From Spirogloea muscicola (Eukaryota): a stretch of DNA of 52,672 nt. Numbering within the stretch: position 1 is the first letter of the stretch; each line of letters opens with the position of its first letter. The stretch is from the NCBI GenBank assembly GCA_009602725.1, contig WELB01000014.1, forward strand, positions 460,893-513,564, read 5' to 3'. Of the stretch, positions 10,390 through 21,800 are shown piece after piece. The translations under genes and the position numbers were made by a program. The notes beneath the pieces were generated by a model that saw only the letters and a program-made list of their open reading frames with translations, made no database searches and was not told the DNA's origin.

Positions 10390-13194
10390 TCATGTAGCAC
10401 CTTCCAAAGCCTGAATGCACTGCGGCACAGATGCCTTGTTCTTCATGGCAGCCATGAGAGCCTCAAGCTGTTTACTGTTCGTTTTCAGTAGCGAGGCAGC
10501 ATAGTATACCTGCATGCAATGCATGATTGGCAGGTTAATGAAGAAGAGCTCATGGAGCACATTACTAGACATGCAGGGTCAAGAATGTTACTCAACACAT
10601 GTCACCTATCAAGCATGTAGTGTTGTCCTTCCTCACTATCATTGGGTTCGGCACCTCTATCACCAGCCATGACTCTTACCGCCCATCTTGTAATGTTTTG
10701 CTGTTGCTGATTCCCCAATTTCTCCTTGCTTCTATTCACCAACCTCTGCAAGGAACAGGCAGCCAGTTCCTTTAGAACTCATTAAAGGCAGGCTTCCTAA
10801 GAAGACAGTTTGTCATTGCACTTCACCTTCATTATTTTGAGGGGCCAATTCATACCAGCCTCCTACATTTCATAAAAATGAAACAGCAGCGAGAAGCAGC
10901 TCTTAATCACTCAGCATTGTGCAGCTTTTGAAAGGGTGCTCAAGTCACTTCTGACCTGCAGAGTGAACAGGTCTGCGCTCTGGCCCATTACTTGATCATA
11001 CTTAAGTCCCTCAGCTGCTAGACCAGCCATGGAGACAACTGCTAGTCTGCACAAGTACAAATAAAGGGATAAACTTGAGCTGAGTCGCTGTGAGTCGCTG
11101 ATGAACAACAAACAAATAGCCCAACCAGCCGCTAGTGTTATCCCACAACTAGTTGCTGGCATCATCTCTGCTTAGCAACCTTATATACATACATGCTAGC
11201 TGAAGAGAGTAACATCCCTCCAAACTTGAAAACTATCCAATTTTGGCATCAGTGTCATATGGACAATAAGTATTGAGTCAAAGAAACCTGTCAAGGTCCC
11301 TGGTGTCAAGGTGCCCCTCGTATATTCGCTTCTGAAGCTTTTCATCAACTAAGTTCACATGCTCCTTGCCGATATCCAAGGAGTAATTCACAACTGGCAG
11401 TCCCAGTAGATAAGCAGCTGCAATTCCAATGAACAGCGTTGGCAACTCAGCTTCTTGTGTTCAATTTCTCCTCCTCAGATCTAAGTAGCAAAGGAATGCT
11501 GACCGGGACAAGCATTTAATCTTGCAATCCAAGCCCGAGAGTCCTTGTTACTTAGTCAATCAGAGCAGATGCACAGCTTCCAGCCTCAATGAGCACGTCA
11601 ACATTTGGCCCAGGCATGAGCTGTAGATGCATTACTCAAGAAATGAGCAGCTTCATGGCGAAGAAGCCGATCTTCTTGATCTGAAAAACCACCAGAGAAG
11701 GCATTGATGGCAACCTGCAAAAGCCTACACACTTCACGCAGTAACTTGTCCTGTACAACTGCAGGCATGGTCACTCGCCCTCTACTTTCTGCCAGTGTTG
11801 GCTTCAAGTCATCCAGCAAAAGTTGCCAACTCAAATGCATCTGATAGACCAGCATGAAGGAAGCGACATTGAGCAAAGATGCCACTGAGGGGTACAGTGA
11901 AGGCCATAGACAAGGCCACACAGAGCATTCAGAGACACATGCACCCAATGATGTGTTGCATGTCAGTTATACCCAGGGGCTGTGCTCCCAATCGCCAGAA
12001 CAACGAGTGATAAGCTGCCTACTAAGTACGGCACAAAGAAGCCCCAGTCCTGCCATGTGGTAACAGCTCTTGGTAAGACGAGCTTGACGAGGCAACATGA
12101 GCTTTGTCAGGGACAGAATGCTTGTTGCAGACTAATAGAGACTAGACAGCAGTGCAACACGACCTTCAAGGGCATATCGAGGCTGGTGCAAAGTGCAGCA
12201 GAGAAATTCAAGAGGTAGGACAAAGCCATGATGCAGCGTGCTTACTCCTGGAAGCTGGCCAGCCAGGACAGCCACAATTGACGAACCTCCCACAACTGCC
12301 GCCAAGAAGGCTGCCTGCAAGTGCATGCCAGAATGACATGTCTGAATAGTGGTTGCGTCCAATGACTCCGCTGTGTGGATGACCTTGCTACTCTGGACCT
12401 CCGATTATTATGCACATATTTCGTCACAACTAGTGGAGTCAAGATTGCTGGTCCGAATTCATGGTGACAACGCCTACCCAGGAGGTGACACTGCTGCAGC
12501 TGAGATTCTTACATCGTTTCGTACAGAAGGCGTTGCTAGCTTCTCTGCATTCTTGATCCCTATGCTGGACAGCTCCCGAAGGAATGTCTGATAATTGTCC
12601 ACAACATTTCTCCACCAAAATTAGCCGCCGAAGCTTCCTGACTGGCATCATCAGTCACAATACGTAGCATGATCCAAATAGCGGAAGAGTGGCCTAGAGG
12701 GACCCACATTACGCCTGCCGACGCTGGGAAGGGAGTTCCAGAGCTTCGCCTGGCCAGCCTCCTTGAGTGCAGCAAGTGCCTGCTGTGTGGCCTCCGAATC
12801 ATTCTGCCGGGACCAGCCAGACAAAAGTCTTTCGTGTCAGCTGCGCGTCAGTTGCTGATACACTACTGCACAGCCGAAGGCGCCGACGGGCGAACGTGGG
12901 CGTGTGCCGGAATCGCTGTCTCCCCTGGCAAGAGGCTCGCCTGCAGAATCGCAGCCTCCAGCTTCTCGAGAAGGCCCGACCGGCCCGTGGAGGACGTCGA
13001 GACCGCGTCGCCGTCGGCAGCTACTGCCGCTACGTGGACGGGCCGCGACGAGAGCCGCAAGCGTCGCTGCGGTCCGGCCTTGCCAGCGCACGACAGGGGC
13101 CAGAGCAGCGAGCTGGGCGACGCCCGCCGCGTCGGCGCTGCCTGCGGCCTCAGCGGCGCAGCGCCGGCTCGGGCGACGCCGGCGCCGCAGCAGC
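10390..13194 (-). CDS. Plastid FtsH/M41-like HEXXH protein, homolog of Arabidopsis At2g21960 (VIR3-related family); start lost in the N gap
   Basis: Exons give ISLRELSSIGIKNAEKLATPSVRND, AAFLAAVVGGSSIVAVLAGQLPG, LLRHEAAHFL, RLAVVSMAGLAAEGLKYDQVMGQSADLFTLQ and VYYAASLLKTN..EALMAAMKNKASVPQCIQALEGAT*. A Ser/Arg/Ala-rich transit-like N-terminus runs into the Ns. Confidence 0.85.
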
Positions 13195-13443
13195 NNNNNN
13201 NNNNNNNNNNNNNNNNNNNNNNNNNNNNNNNNNNNNNNNNNNNNNNNNNNNNNNNNNNNNNNNNNNNNNNNNNNNNNNNNNNNNNNNNNNNNNNNNNNNN
13301 NNNNNNNNNNNNNNNNNNNNNNNNNNNNNNNNNNNNNNNNNNNNNNNNNNNNNNNNNNNNNNNNNNNNNNNNNNNNNNNNNNNNNNNNNNNNNNNNNNNN
13401 NNNNNNNNNNNNNNNNNNNNNNNNNNNNNNNNNNNNNNNNNNN
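13195..13443. other. Assembly gap (249 N) covering the start codons of two divergent genes
   Basis: Run of N. Coding frames on either side run into it in opposite directions. Confidence 0.97.
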
Positions 13444-15648
13444 AGCTGCGGCGCTGCCGCTGCGCATGCCCGGGGAGCCGGCGGCGGCTGCCGTGCCGCG
13501 ACGACGGCCCCCGAGCCGCCTCAGGCGCCGAGCAGGCGCGCGGCGCTCGCGGCGGCGGTCGCGGCTCTCGCGGTTCTCCCTCTGGCACAGCCGGCCGCCG
13601 CTGCCGTCGCCTTCCACGGGCCGATCGCCGACATTGCCTCAGTGTCGTCCACGCTCGGTCCCGACGACGAGGATCTTGTCGTCAACCTCTTTGAGGTGGG
13701 GCTCTCTTGGAGCCTACGGATTCCCGTCTCCCGTTACGTACTCATAGCGTGGATCACCACCCTGCTGATGTCCTTGGCAGCGTAGCCGCCTTCTTCACTG
13801 ACTATGCCATGCTGCTGTAGCCGAGCAACAGTCCCAGTGCTCGCTCGCCGCCGCACGCCGTGTCACGGCTCCCTGCAGCTCGGTGTCGATGACCAGGTTG
13901 TGGCCGTCTGGTGCAGGCTGCGACGAGGTCCGTGGTGTCAATTCTGAACGTGGAGGTCACCAATGGCAAGGGGCCTTTGGGTGCTGACGAGCGCGTGGAG
14001 GGCACCGGCTCGGGCTTCGTCTGGGACAAGCTTGGGCATATTGTGAGAGCCTAGCCTTCGCATTGGCAGCGGTTGTCATCATCGTCGTTAGTTACATCAC
14101 GAGTAGGAGGTAGGGTGCCGCAGGGCCAGTTGACCTGCCGGAGCTCATTGAGTCCCATTGTAGTGATACTACAAGAGCGGGTGTATTGTTGGTGCAGGTG
14201 ACAAATTACCACGTGATAGCCAAGTTGGCGATGGACTCTACTGGACGGCAGCAGTCCAAGGTGTGCCTCTGAAAGGTGGCACTTGCTATTGGTCTTGCTG
14301 ATCAACAAACATAGCAGCTGCACTGCATTCAGCAACTTCCTGGAGATGAAAGAGCAGCTTGAAGGACAACATACTATCCTCTTGAAGTGTATAGAAGGGA
14401 GAGGCCTACAGTGATCCTCCCCTTCCATAAGCATGCCAAGGTCCTCGCGCTGTTTGCTCAAGGTGTGGGGCAGGTCAGCCTTTTGATGGACGATGGAAGG
14501 GTGACTGTGCTCGACGCTAAGGTGATTGGAGTCGATCCTACAAAGGACATCGCTGTCCTGAAGGTCAGCAGGCTTCCCCATGTGTGTGTGTCTGTTATGA
14601 TGCTTATAATGGCATAGTGTCCTGCTGCGTCCAGTGTCACAATTTAGACAGCTCACTCTGCTTGCGCCTTTTTTCTGAGCCCATGTTTGACGTGTGCTGT
14701 TGCTGGTCAGGTAGACGCGAGCCCGGACATGTTGAGACCGATTCCTGTTGGCACGTCCAATGACCTGAGAGTGGGACAAAGCTGCTATGCCATTGGCAAC
14801 CCCCTGGGATTTGACCACACACTGACAACTGGGGTGTGTTGCTATTCTGTCTGATTGCTTGCGGGTCCAGCCAAATACTGACCTTTCAGCATCCTATATT
14901 TCCCATTCGCCTTGCCTTGACCTTTGCTCTGCTGCTGCAGAGGCCTGCCTCAGCTCACAATATACACAACTGCTGACAAGCCGTGCATGTCACACTACCA
15001 ATGGACTAAGCCTCAGTATCAGTCTTGACATGGGTCAAAACCCTCCTCAGCGGGATCTGATTTTGCATTGCACACTCTATGTGCAAGGTGGTGAGCGGTC
15101 TCGGCAGAGAGATACCATCACCAGCTGGCACGCCCATACCAGGGGCCATTCAGACAGACGCCTCCATAAATTCAGGTGCTTGCCAGCTGCAAGTATTGTA
15201 GATGTGGCATCAACCAGCATGATGTGGACAGGTCATGGCCAGGGCATCAGATCAAGTACGGCCCGACATGAGTGGCTGAGAAAACTAGTCACCATCTATT
15301 CTCTCGCGCGCTGGCTGGGTAGCACAGGCAACTCCGGAGGCCCCTTGCTAGACTCATTTGGCCGAATCATTGGTGTGAGCACAGCCAGTTTTACTCTAAA
15401 AGGTGAATGCTTTCACAAGATAATTCCTTCTCATGGTTTGCATGACTCGTACAGAATGCATTATGACGAAGTGAGGAATTAGCACTGTCATTAAGCTGTA
15501 AAGAAGTATGCACACATAACTCCTTGTTAGACGATTACTCACGAGTCTTGATAGTGCAGGATCTGGTATATCTTCGGGCGTGAATTTTGCCATACCCATT
15601 GATGCAGTTCGGCGTTTGGTTCCGAGATTGGTGATCGACAATCAGTAG
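13444..15648 (+). CDS. DEG5: Thylakoid-lumen Deg/HtrA serine protease without PDZ domain (DEG5-like); start lost in the N gap
   Basis: Tat signal SRRAALAAAVAALAVLPLAQPAAA. Motifs EGTGSGFVWDKLGHI, VTNYHVI (His), DIAVLK (Asp), AIGNPLGFDHTLTTG and GNSGGPLLDSFGRIIGV (Ser). Ends SSGVNFAIPIDAVRRLVPRLVIDNQ* at 15648 with no PDZ domain, as in DEG5. Confidence 0.88.
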
Positions 15649-16847
15649 TTGACTTGTTGCGCACCCACGGTGCAATCCTCTTGAAAATAGTGATATGAGC
15701 ATGTACCTCAGAGCACGTCCACATGAGTAAGTCGTTGAGTCATCCCACCATGACGACAACTTGTAGTTGAATGTGGACAGTCTTGCCCACATCCCTTACT
15801 TTGTTCATGAGCTACTTGATAATGTATTTGTGTCAAGAGTTTCTATCAATGTATCTACTGACATAAGAAGCCACGAGGAGCTGCTGATAGAAATCTTGTT
15901 CTCGCAATGCTGAGGCTTAGCCTGTAGTCGCCTGACAGAGATGTGCCCAGGCTGGCTCGATGGAGCAACGCCCGCAAAGATGTGTCAGGCATACAAGGCA
16001 TTGTAAGACCTGATTTTTCGGTCCAACATCATTACATTGAGCAGGCTGGAGAAGTGTCTTGTAGCCTGTCAGGTGTCAGCAGCCATCAACGACCACCACC
16101 ATTTAAGCTTTCTTATAAGGACCCGAACCCACCGGTGTGACAAGTCCTAGGTAGATGGGCTAGTTTTGTAAGAGGTTGGAACTTGGGCTGCAGGCCAAGC
16201 CTACACATCCATCTCTATGTAGCTCTATCTACACAACTAGATGTAAGACTGGCACACAATCTAAACGACTGTGTTGTTGATTGAAATCAATGTTAACAAT
16301 CCAGTCGTCACTGACACAAATTGTCAGATTGTCACTGTCGCTATAAAGATGGCTTGCCACTTGCCCCGACAATCAGTCAATCACTTGCCCCGACAACAGG
16401 ATCAGATTGTCACTACCGCTAGGAAATGGCGTGTCACTTGATGACTGTTGGTGGTATATCTTCAGTAGTAGACCGTTTGTGGTGATTCTTTCATTCAGGT
16501 ATGACAGTGGAATATCAGTTGCGGTTGTTGTTTATTGGGCACCCAAGTGTAGCTTGCTTGATGATGCAAAGGTCGTATATCATCCAAAGGGGTCGAGGGC
16601 TGTCAGAAGCCAGCCCGTAAAGAATGGACAAGGTCCGGAAGGGCCGGAAAGGACTGACCATTATTCGTGGTACTGACATGTTGTGTTTCAGCCCACTGCG
16701 GCCCCTTCGGACCTTTCCATCTTGTACGTCACTTAGTAGTAGTTGCTAACCAGAGACTACCAAAAACCGCTGGAGGGACAGGCGCATGGGAAACACCTGT
16801 ACCAACGAGCCAGTGGTGTTGAAGTCGGCCTCCTCGCCTGTGGGACA

Positions 16848-17130
16848 CATCTCCAATAGCTACTTTCTCTTATTGCTCTTATCTTCTCTATCTTTTGACT
16901 ATGCAAGCAGCACTTTGAGTAACAGTGCAGGTGGCGGACATGCAGTCTCAAAGTCCAATACGACTTCTGTAAAGCACAAGCATCCCAGCTTTCCGGGCTG
17001 TCTCCCGCAGGCTGGGATGCTTGTGCCGTGGTATGCATGTCCGCCACCTGCACTGTTACTCAAAGTGCTGCTTGCATAGTCAAAAGATAGAGAAGATAAG
17101 AGCAATAAGAGAAAGTAGCTATTGGAGATG
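16848..17130. repeat. Long fold-back inverted repeat (candidate hairpin RNA / small-RNA precursor)
   Basis: 16848-16944 is the exact reverse complement of 17034-17130 (97 bp). A second exact 16-bp stem pairs 16974-16989 with 17011-17026. Confidence 0.95.
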
Positions 17131-18090
17131 GAAGTTGCATTCTAGAAAATGGCACTGCAAGTGAGTGGAAGTCACTGAAGTAACTGATTATCGATCATCA
17201 GCCAGTGAAGTAACTGATGGTCGATGATAAGCTAAGTCCACCGGTAGCTTCTTGTGCTAATTTCCTTTTCAGGAATACGCCTATCAACTCCTCTCAGATG
17301 ATAACATCCCACTTAAAGGTATGTATGCAAGGTAGAATCTGATGCAATGAAAAGAAGCAAATTCCTTGTGAATGAAAAGATCATGATGCCAAGTATAGTA
17401 AGGGGTTTGTGAAAATTATTTCATCAGATTCACACATTGAAGGTCTACTTTCAAGTAGGTTGATCATTTGAAAATTTTCAATTTGTACTGGTAGAAAGGG
17501 GACGAGACTCAATTGTCACGACTTAAAAACAGGATTGGAAATTCTGAGGTTTGTATTTGCTATACTGGTTATAGGGAGTGGTCGACATATTTTCACTTAA
17601 CAGGGTTTAGTACACAATATATTTGAGTGTGCATTGTGTTGTCCAGCATTACATTCCAGGTATACTGTAATGTCTGTATAAAGCTTGTCGTTTTAATCAC
17701 TAAGTAACTTTGTTCAGACGACATGTTTAGCTAATGTACACTATCTGGATGACAGATAGTATATCATAACTGGTATGTTTGTATCACATTATACCCAGTG
17801 CTTGGGATTAGAAGGTGTAAAAATTCAACTTGTCTTATAATTCTGTGCAAAGTGATGACTCTTGATTTGTTATAATGCATAGGTTGCTGAAAACCTAAGT
17901 AAACGAACGAGATTTCAGTATGAAGTGCGAAACTACGAAGCTAATTTGTCTTTTAATGTCAAAACGAGAGAACTCTTGGATTTTTGGAGTGTCTTCCCTG
18001 ATAGAGAATTGCAACAGGTTTTCAAGCTGTAGGAGTTGAAGCGATAGCTTCGGTTTCCAAATAGTACAACCACATCATTTGTGGCAACAA
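17083..18090 (+). pseudogene. AT-rich decayed intron-containing gene of unknown identity
   Basis: Visibly AT-richer than the flanks. Good splice signals (CAA|GTGAGT at 17161, branch gctaat, ttttcag|17273; aaag|gtatgt; gcatag|17883). Protein-like frames are broken by TAG codons. No single full model could be built. Confidence 0.3.
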
Positions 18091-18200
18091 GCAATGTCTG
18101 ACCATAATCAGATCAAGAAAGTCAAAGGCTGATGCTGCCTAATGCAGGCATGCATTTAGTACACAATGAATATACACACTGCCATTGAGGATGTCTAGAT

Positions 18201-20940
18201 CTAAGCCACAGCAGTGAGCGGCTCAGAGCTTTGTGTCTTCTTCTCAAAGAGTCTCTCCTCAAGGCGGCGGCCCAGATCTGCATCGCAGCGGCGGAAGACT
18301 TCAATTTGCCGCTTCTGAATATGCTCCTTTGCACCCCGCATGTGCCCGGCAAGATTGTCAAGGGTCTGTTCCTTGTGCTCCTCCGTCTGCAATCGCCACA
18401 GGTCGCCCGGCTGCTTGTAATCATCTTGGTCCTTCCAACGCTGTGGCTCATACCGACCAATCAAACCACCAGGATGCCTGCAGAGTTGAGCCATAGTCAC
18501 ATCCATGAGTGTCGAACAATCATATCCTCTCAACCAAGCTTGACTGAGTGCATTGGTTCCCTTCAACTCATCAAGAGCACGTCACATACCTGGATGTACT
18601 GCAGTGGGGAGCTTGCAACGGAACTCACTGGTAGGGAGTGACGTCTGGCTGCGTGGGATCTGGTGTTGGAGGGTCCTCATGACGCGAGTTAGGCCAGTAG
18701 TTGGGCTTGTCACCACCATTGTCAGTGAACACCATGGCACCGTCAGCTTGGTAGTGTTGAGGCTTTGCGAAGGGGCAGGCGTTGATCGGCAGCTGCAGGA
18801 ATACAGAACCAAGAATAATATTCAGATGCACCTCTCTCAGGTGACAAATATGTACATATGAAGAAAAGTGCATATGTAAAATAAACCCATAGGAGAATGT
18901 ACTGTTCAGCAATGTACTTTACAGCAACATTGGAACTATGTGCAAATAAATAGTAATGTGCAAACTTACATGGATGTAATTGGTACCAATGCGATAGCGA
19001 GCAGCATCATCATATGACCACAGGCGGGATTGCAGCACACGATCTGGTGACGGCTCAATGCCAGGTGGCATGTGGGCAGGCGAAAACGACACTTGCTCCA
19101 CTTCGGCAAAGTAGTTGTCAGGATTCCGGTCTAGGACCAGCTTGCCCACTTTGCGAAGCGGAAACTTCTTCTGCGACCAAACCTTGGTCAGGTCGAATGG
19201 GTCAAACTCCTGCTCATTGACCTCATCCAACTCCATTGTCTGGATGTAGAAAGTCCAGGAGGGGAAGTCTTTGCGGTCAATGGCCTCCATAAGGTCACGG
19301 ATGGAGTAATCTGGGTCGTAGCCTGCAATCTCCAAAGCCTGCTCATGTGTCAGATTCTTGGTGCCCTGGTCAGATTTGAAGTGGAACTTCACCCACGTCG
19401 GCTTGCCCTGAGCGTTGACCATCTTGAAGGTGTGGGAGCCATAGCCATTCATGTGACGATAGCCATCAGGCACGCCCCGTGGGGAGAACGTGATAAGGAC
19501 CTGGATCAGCCAATGACAGACTGTCAACAGCCAAACTCCAAAGTCGAACTGAACAATAGCAGTAAACAACAAAATTGTCACTAATGTTTGCAACAGTTAA
19601 CATCACACCAAACTGCTGATCGAAGGATATGTGTGAAAAGCAATGGATAACAATCATTATGACCTGGTGAGCCGACTCAGGGGTGAGGCTGAGGAAGTCC
19701 CAGTATGCATCAGGATCCTTGAGATGCGTCCTTGGGTGGCGCTTCTGGGAATGGATCAGGTCAGGAAACTTGATGCCATCACGGATGAAGAAAACGGGCG
19801 TGTTATTGGCCACAAGGTCCCAGTTTCCCTCCTCCTGCTTGAGGCAAATTGCTGATCTGGTCAGCTGTGAAAGGCTTGTGAAAAGCATTAAGACATGATT
19901 AACACTGCTAGATACATCGTAGTAGGACCATTAAGGAATCACTGACACAGTAAAAGAACAAACCGTGTAGAACTTCAGGGCGAAGCCGCGCGGGTCACGC
20001 TGAGTGTCTGGAAAGCCTGACTCGCCGGTGACAGTCGAAAAGCGGCCAAACATGGGCACCCTGTTTCCCACTCGTTCGAAGACCTTGGATTTGCAGATAT
20101 CAGAAATGTCACTGCAACCAAAGTAATGGCAAGTCGGATTAGCATCTGCCACTGCTTGCACTGCATACTGTGAGTGCTTACATTGTCACAGGGATTCATG
20201 TCGGAGCATGAGGAAGAGGACACCTTGCCTTTCGTCAAACGTATCATGAAGCCAATTCCAATATATGTACATAGAAAGTTCTGTCATTCTCCAATGAGAT
20301 AGATAAACATGAGGACAGATTTGAGCTATTACTGTTTGTCAGGTTGGGGCAAGTGCGCTCACTCAGTGATTTCGAGATAGCCGTGGGCTCCAGCACCCTT
20401 TGCGTGCACCACGCGCTCAGGCACGCGCTCACGGTTGAAGTGGCCCAGCTTGTCAAACATGTGGAAGTCCTGCATGAGGCCGGTGCCGTCCTCTCCGAAG
20501 TTGAGGCTGCGCCACCAGAAGGAGACTTGCACATAAGCTAGGTAGCCTTGAGAGGAACATAAACGGAAAATTCAATAACGGAGCGGAGTGGCGGCTCCGT
20601 GGGGACGGGACCCGGCACCGTACCTGAGGTCCTCGGGGATCGGGTGGCCGCCGCTGGTGGTGTAGAGCGGGCAGCCATTGTTGCCCTTGCGGACCGGCTG
20701 CCCGGGCTGGCCGTTGAGCACGGGCGGCTTGCCCGGCACCTTGTTGTTCACGCCGATGGCCGTCTTCACGTCGCTCACGATGTCGGCGCGGATCACGGGC
20801 AAGCCCGGCCTGGCGGTGGCAGGCCTGATGGCGGCGCCGCCGGCCGGCGGCGACGGGACGCGCTCGCCGGCGAAGGAGCTGCGCAGGGCCGCGGCGGGCG
20901 CGGTGGCGGCGGCGGCGGCGGCGGCCATGGTAGCGGCCAT
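18201..20940 (-). CDS. CAT: Monofunctional heme catalase, small-subunit clade-3 type, with N-terminal plastid transit peptide-like extension
   Basis: Motifs: [21 protein letters not shown] (distal His), [93 protein letters not shown] (proximal Tyr). Ends ..SSEPLTAVA*. Confidence 0.95.
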
Positions 20941-21148
20941 GGCTGGCAGAGGTAGCGCTGCAGGCGGCGCGGGGAGTCAGAACGCGTGTGGGAGCCGGGA
21001 ATTGAACTGGCGACCTGCAATGTCGACATAGGGCACAATAGGCAGCCCCCCGCGGCCGGCCCGCATGGGCGCCACGTGGCGGGCCGGTTGAGCCGCTGAC
21101 CGACGGGCCCGCCGACGTGGCGGGCGGCCGGCTGCCCGGCGGCGTCCN

Positions 21149-21800
21149 GGACCCACTTCCAGGACCCTAGCCTCTCTGATTTGCGGCTGCTTAGCAGGGG
21201 TTACTGAGTGATTTGTAGCTGCTTTCTTTCTTTGTGTGCTTTGGTTTCTTAGCGCTTCCTCTGGCTTCCTCTGGCCCCCTTCTCGTTCTTTGTTCATTCT
21301 TTTTTGGGCTGGCTTGTCCAGCCCCTATCCTCAATGGGCGAGCCCTTTCTTCTTTCTGCAGCGAGCGGCCTCTGAGTAGTTAGTAGCTGCTTTGTTTCTG
21401 CTTGTGCGCTTCTTTCTTAGTGCTTCGCCTTAGTGCTTCGCCTGGCCCCCTTCTTCGTGGGCTTCTTGTACTCTGCTCATTCTTTTTTGGGCTGGCTGTT
21501 CCAGCCCCTATCCTCAATGGGCGAGCTCGTTCTTCTGCTAATCCGACTTGCATCTACTGACTAGAGGTTTACTGATAGCCCCCTTGCTTCTTAGTGCTTC
21601 CCCTGGCCCCCTTCTTGTACTTTGTTCATTCTTTTTTGGGCTGGCTGTTCCAGCCCCTATCCTCAATGGGCGAGCCCTTTCCCTTGCTGCCGTCTTAGCG
21701 CTTGGTACCTTGCTGTCTGCGCCATCCGGCTCCTTCGGACCTTGTCCATTCCTTTTGGGCTGGCCTCTCTCAGCCACCAGTCAGTTGGGCCGCGCTTTCT
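21149..21800 (+). mobile_element. Tandem stack of non-LTR retroelement ORF-end/3'-UTR fragments upstream of catalase
   Basis: Begins THFQDPSLSDLRLLSRGY*. Three copies of ctggcccccttct...ttttttgggctggc..ccagcccctatcctcaatgggcgagc at about 21272, 21442 and 21603. A second ORF end (gacttgcatctactgactagagg) lies at about 21545. Confidence 0.7.

Noticed and set aside
17034..17130. Superficial similarity of the hairpin arm (agaagataagagca) to miR156/157/529
   Set aside because: Only a short purine-rich resemblance, with too many differences to assign a family.
21272..21680. Palindromic repeats with spacers resembling a CRISPR array
   Set aside because: Eukaryotic context, spacers homologous to each other, irregular period and no cas genes; explained as retroelement UTRs.
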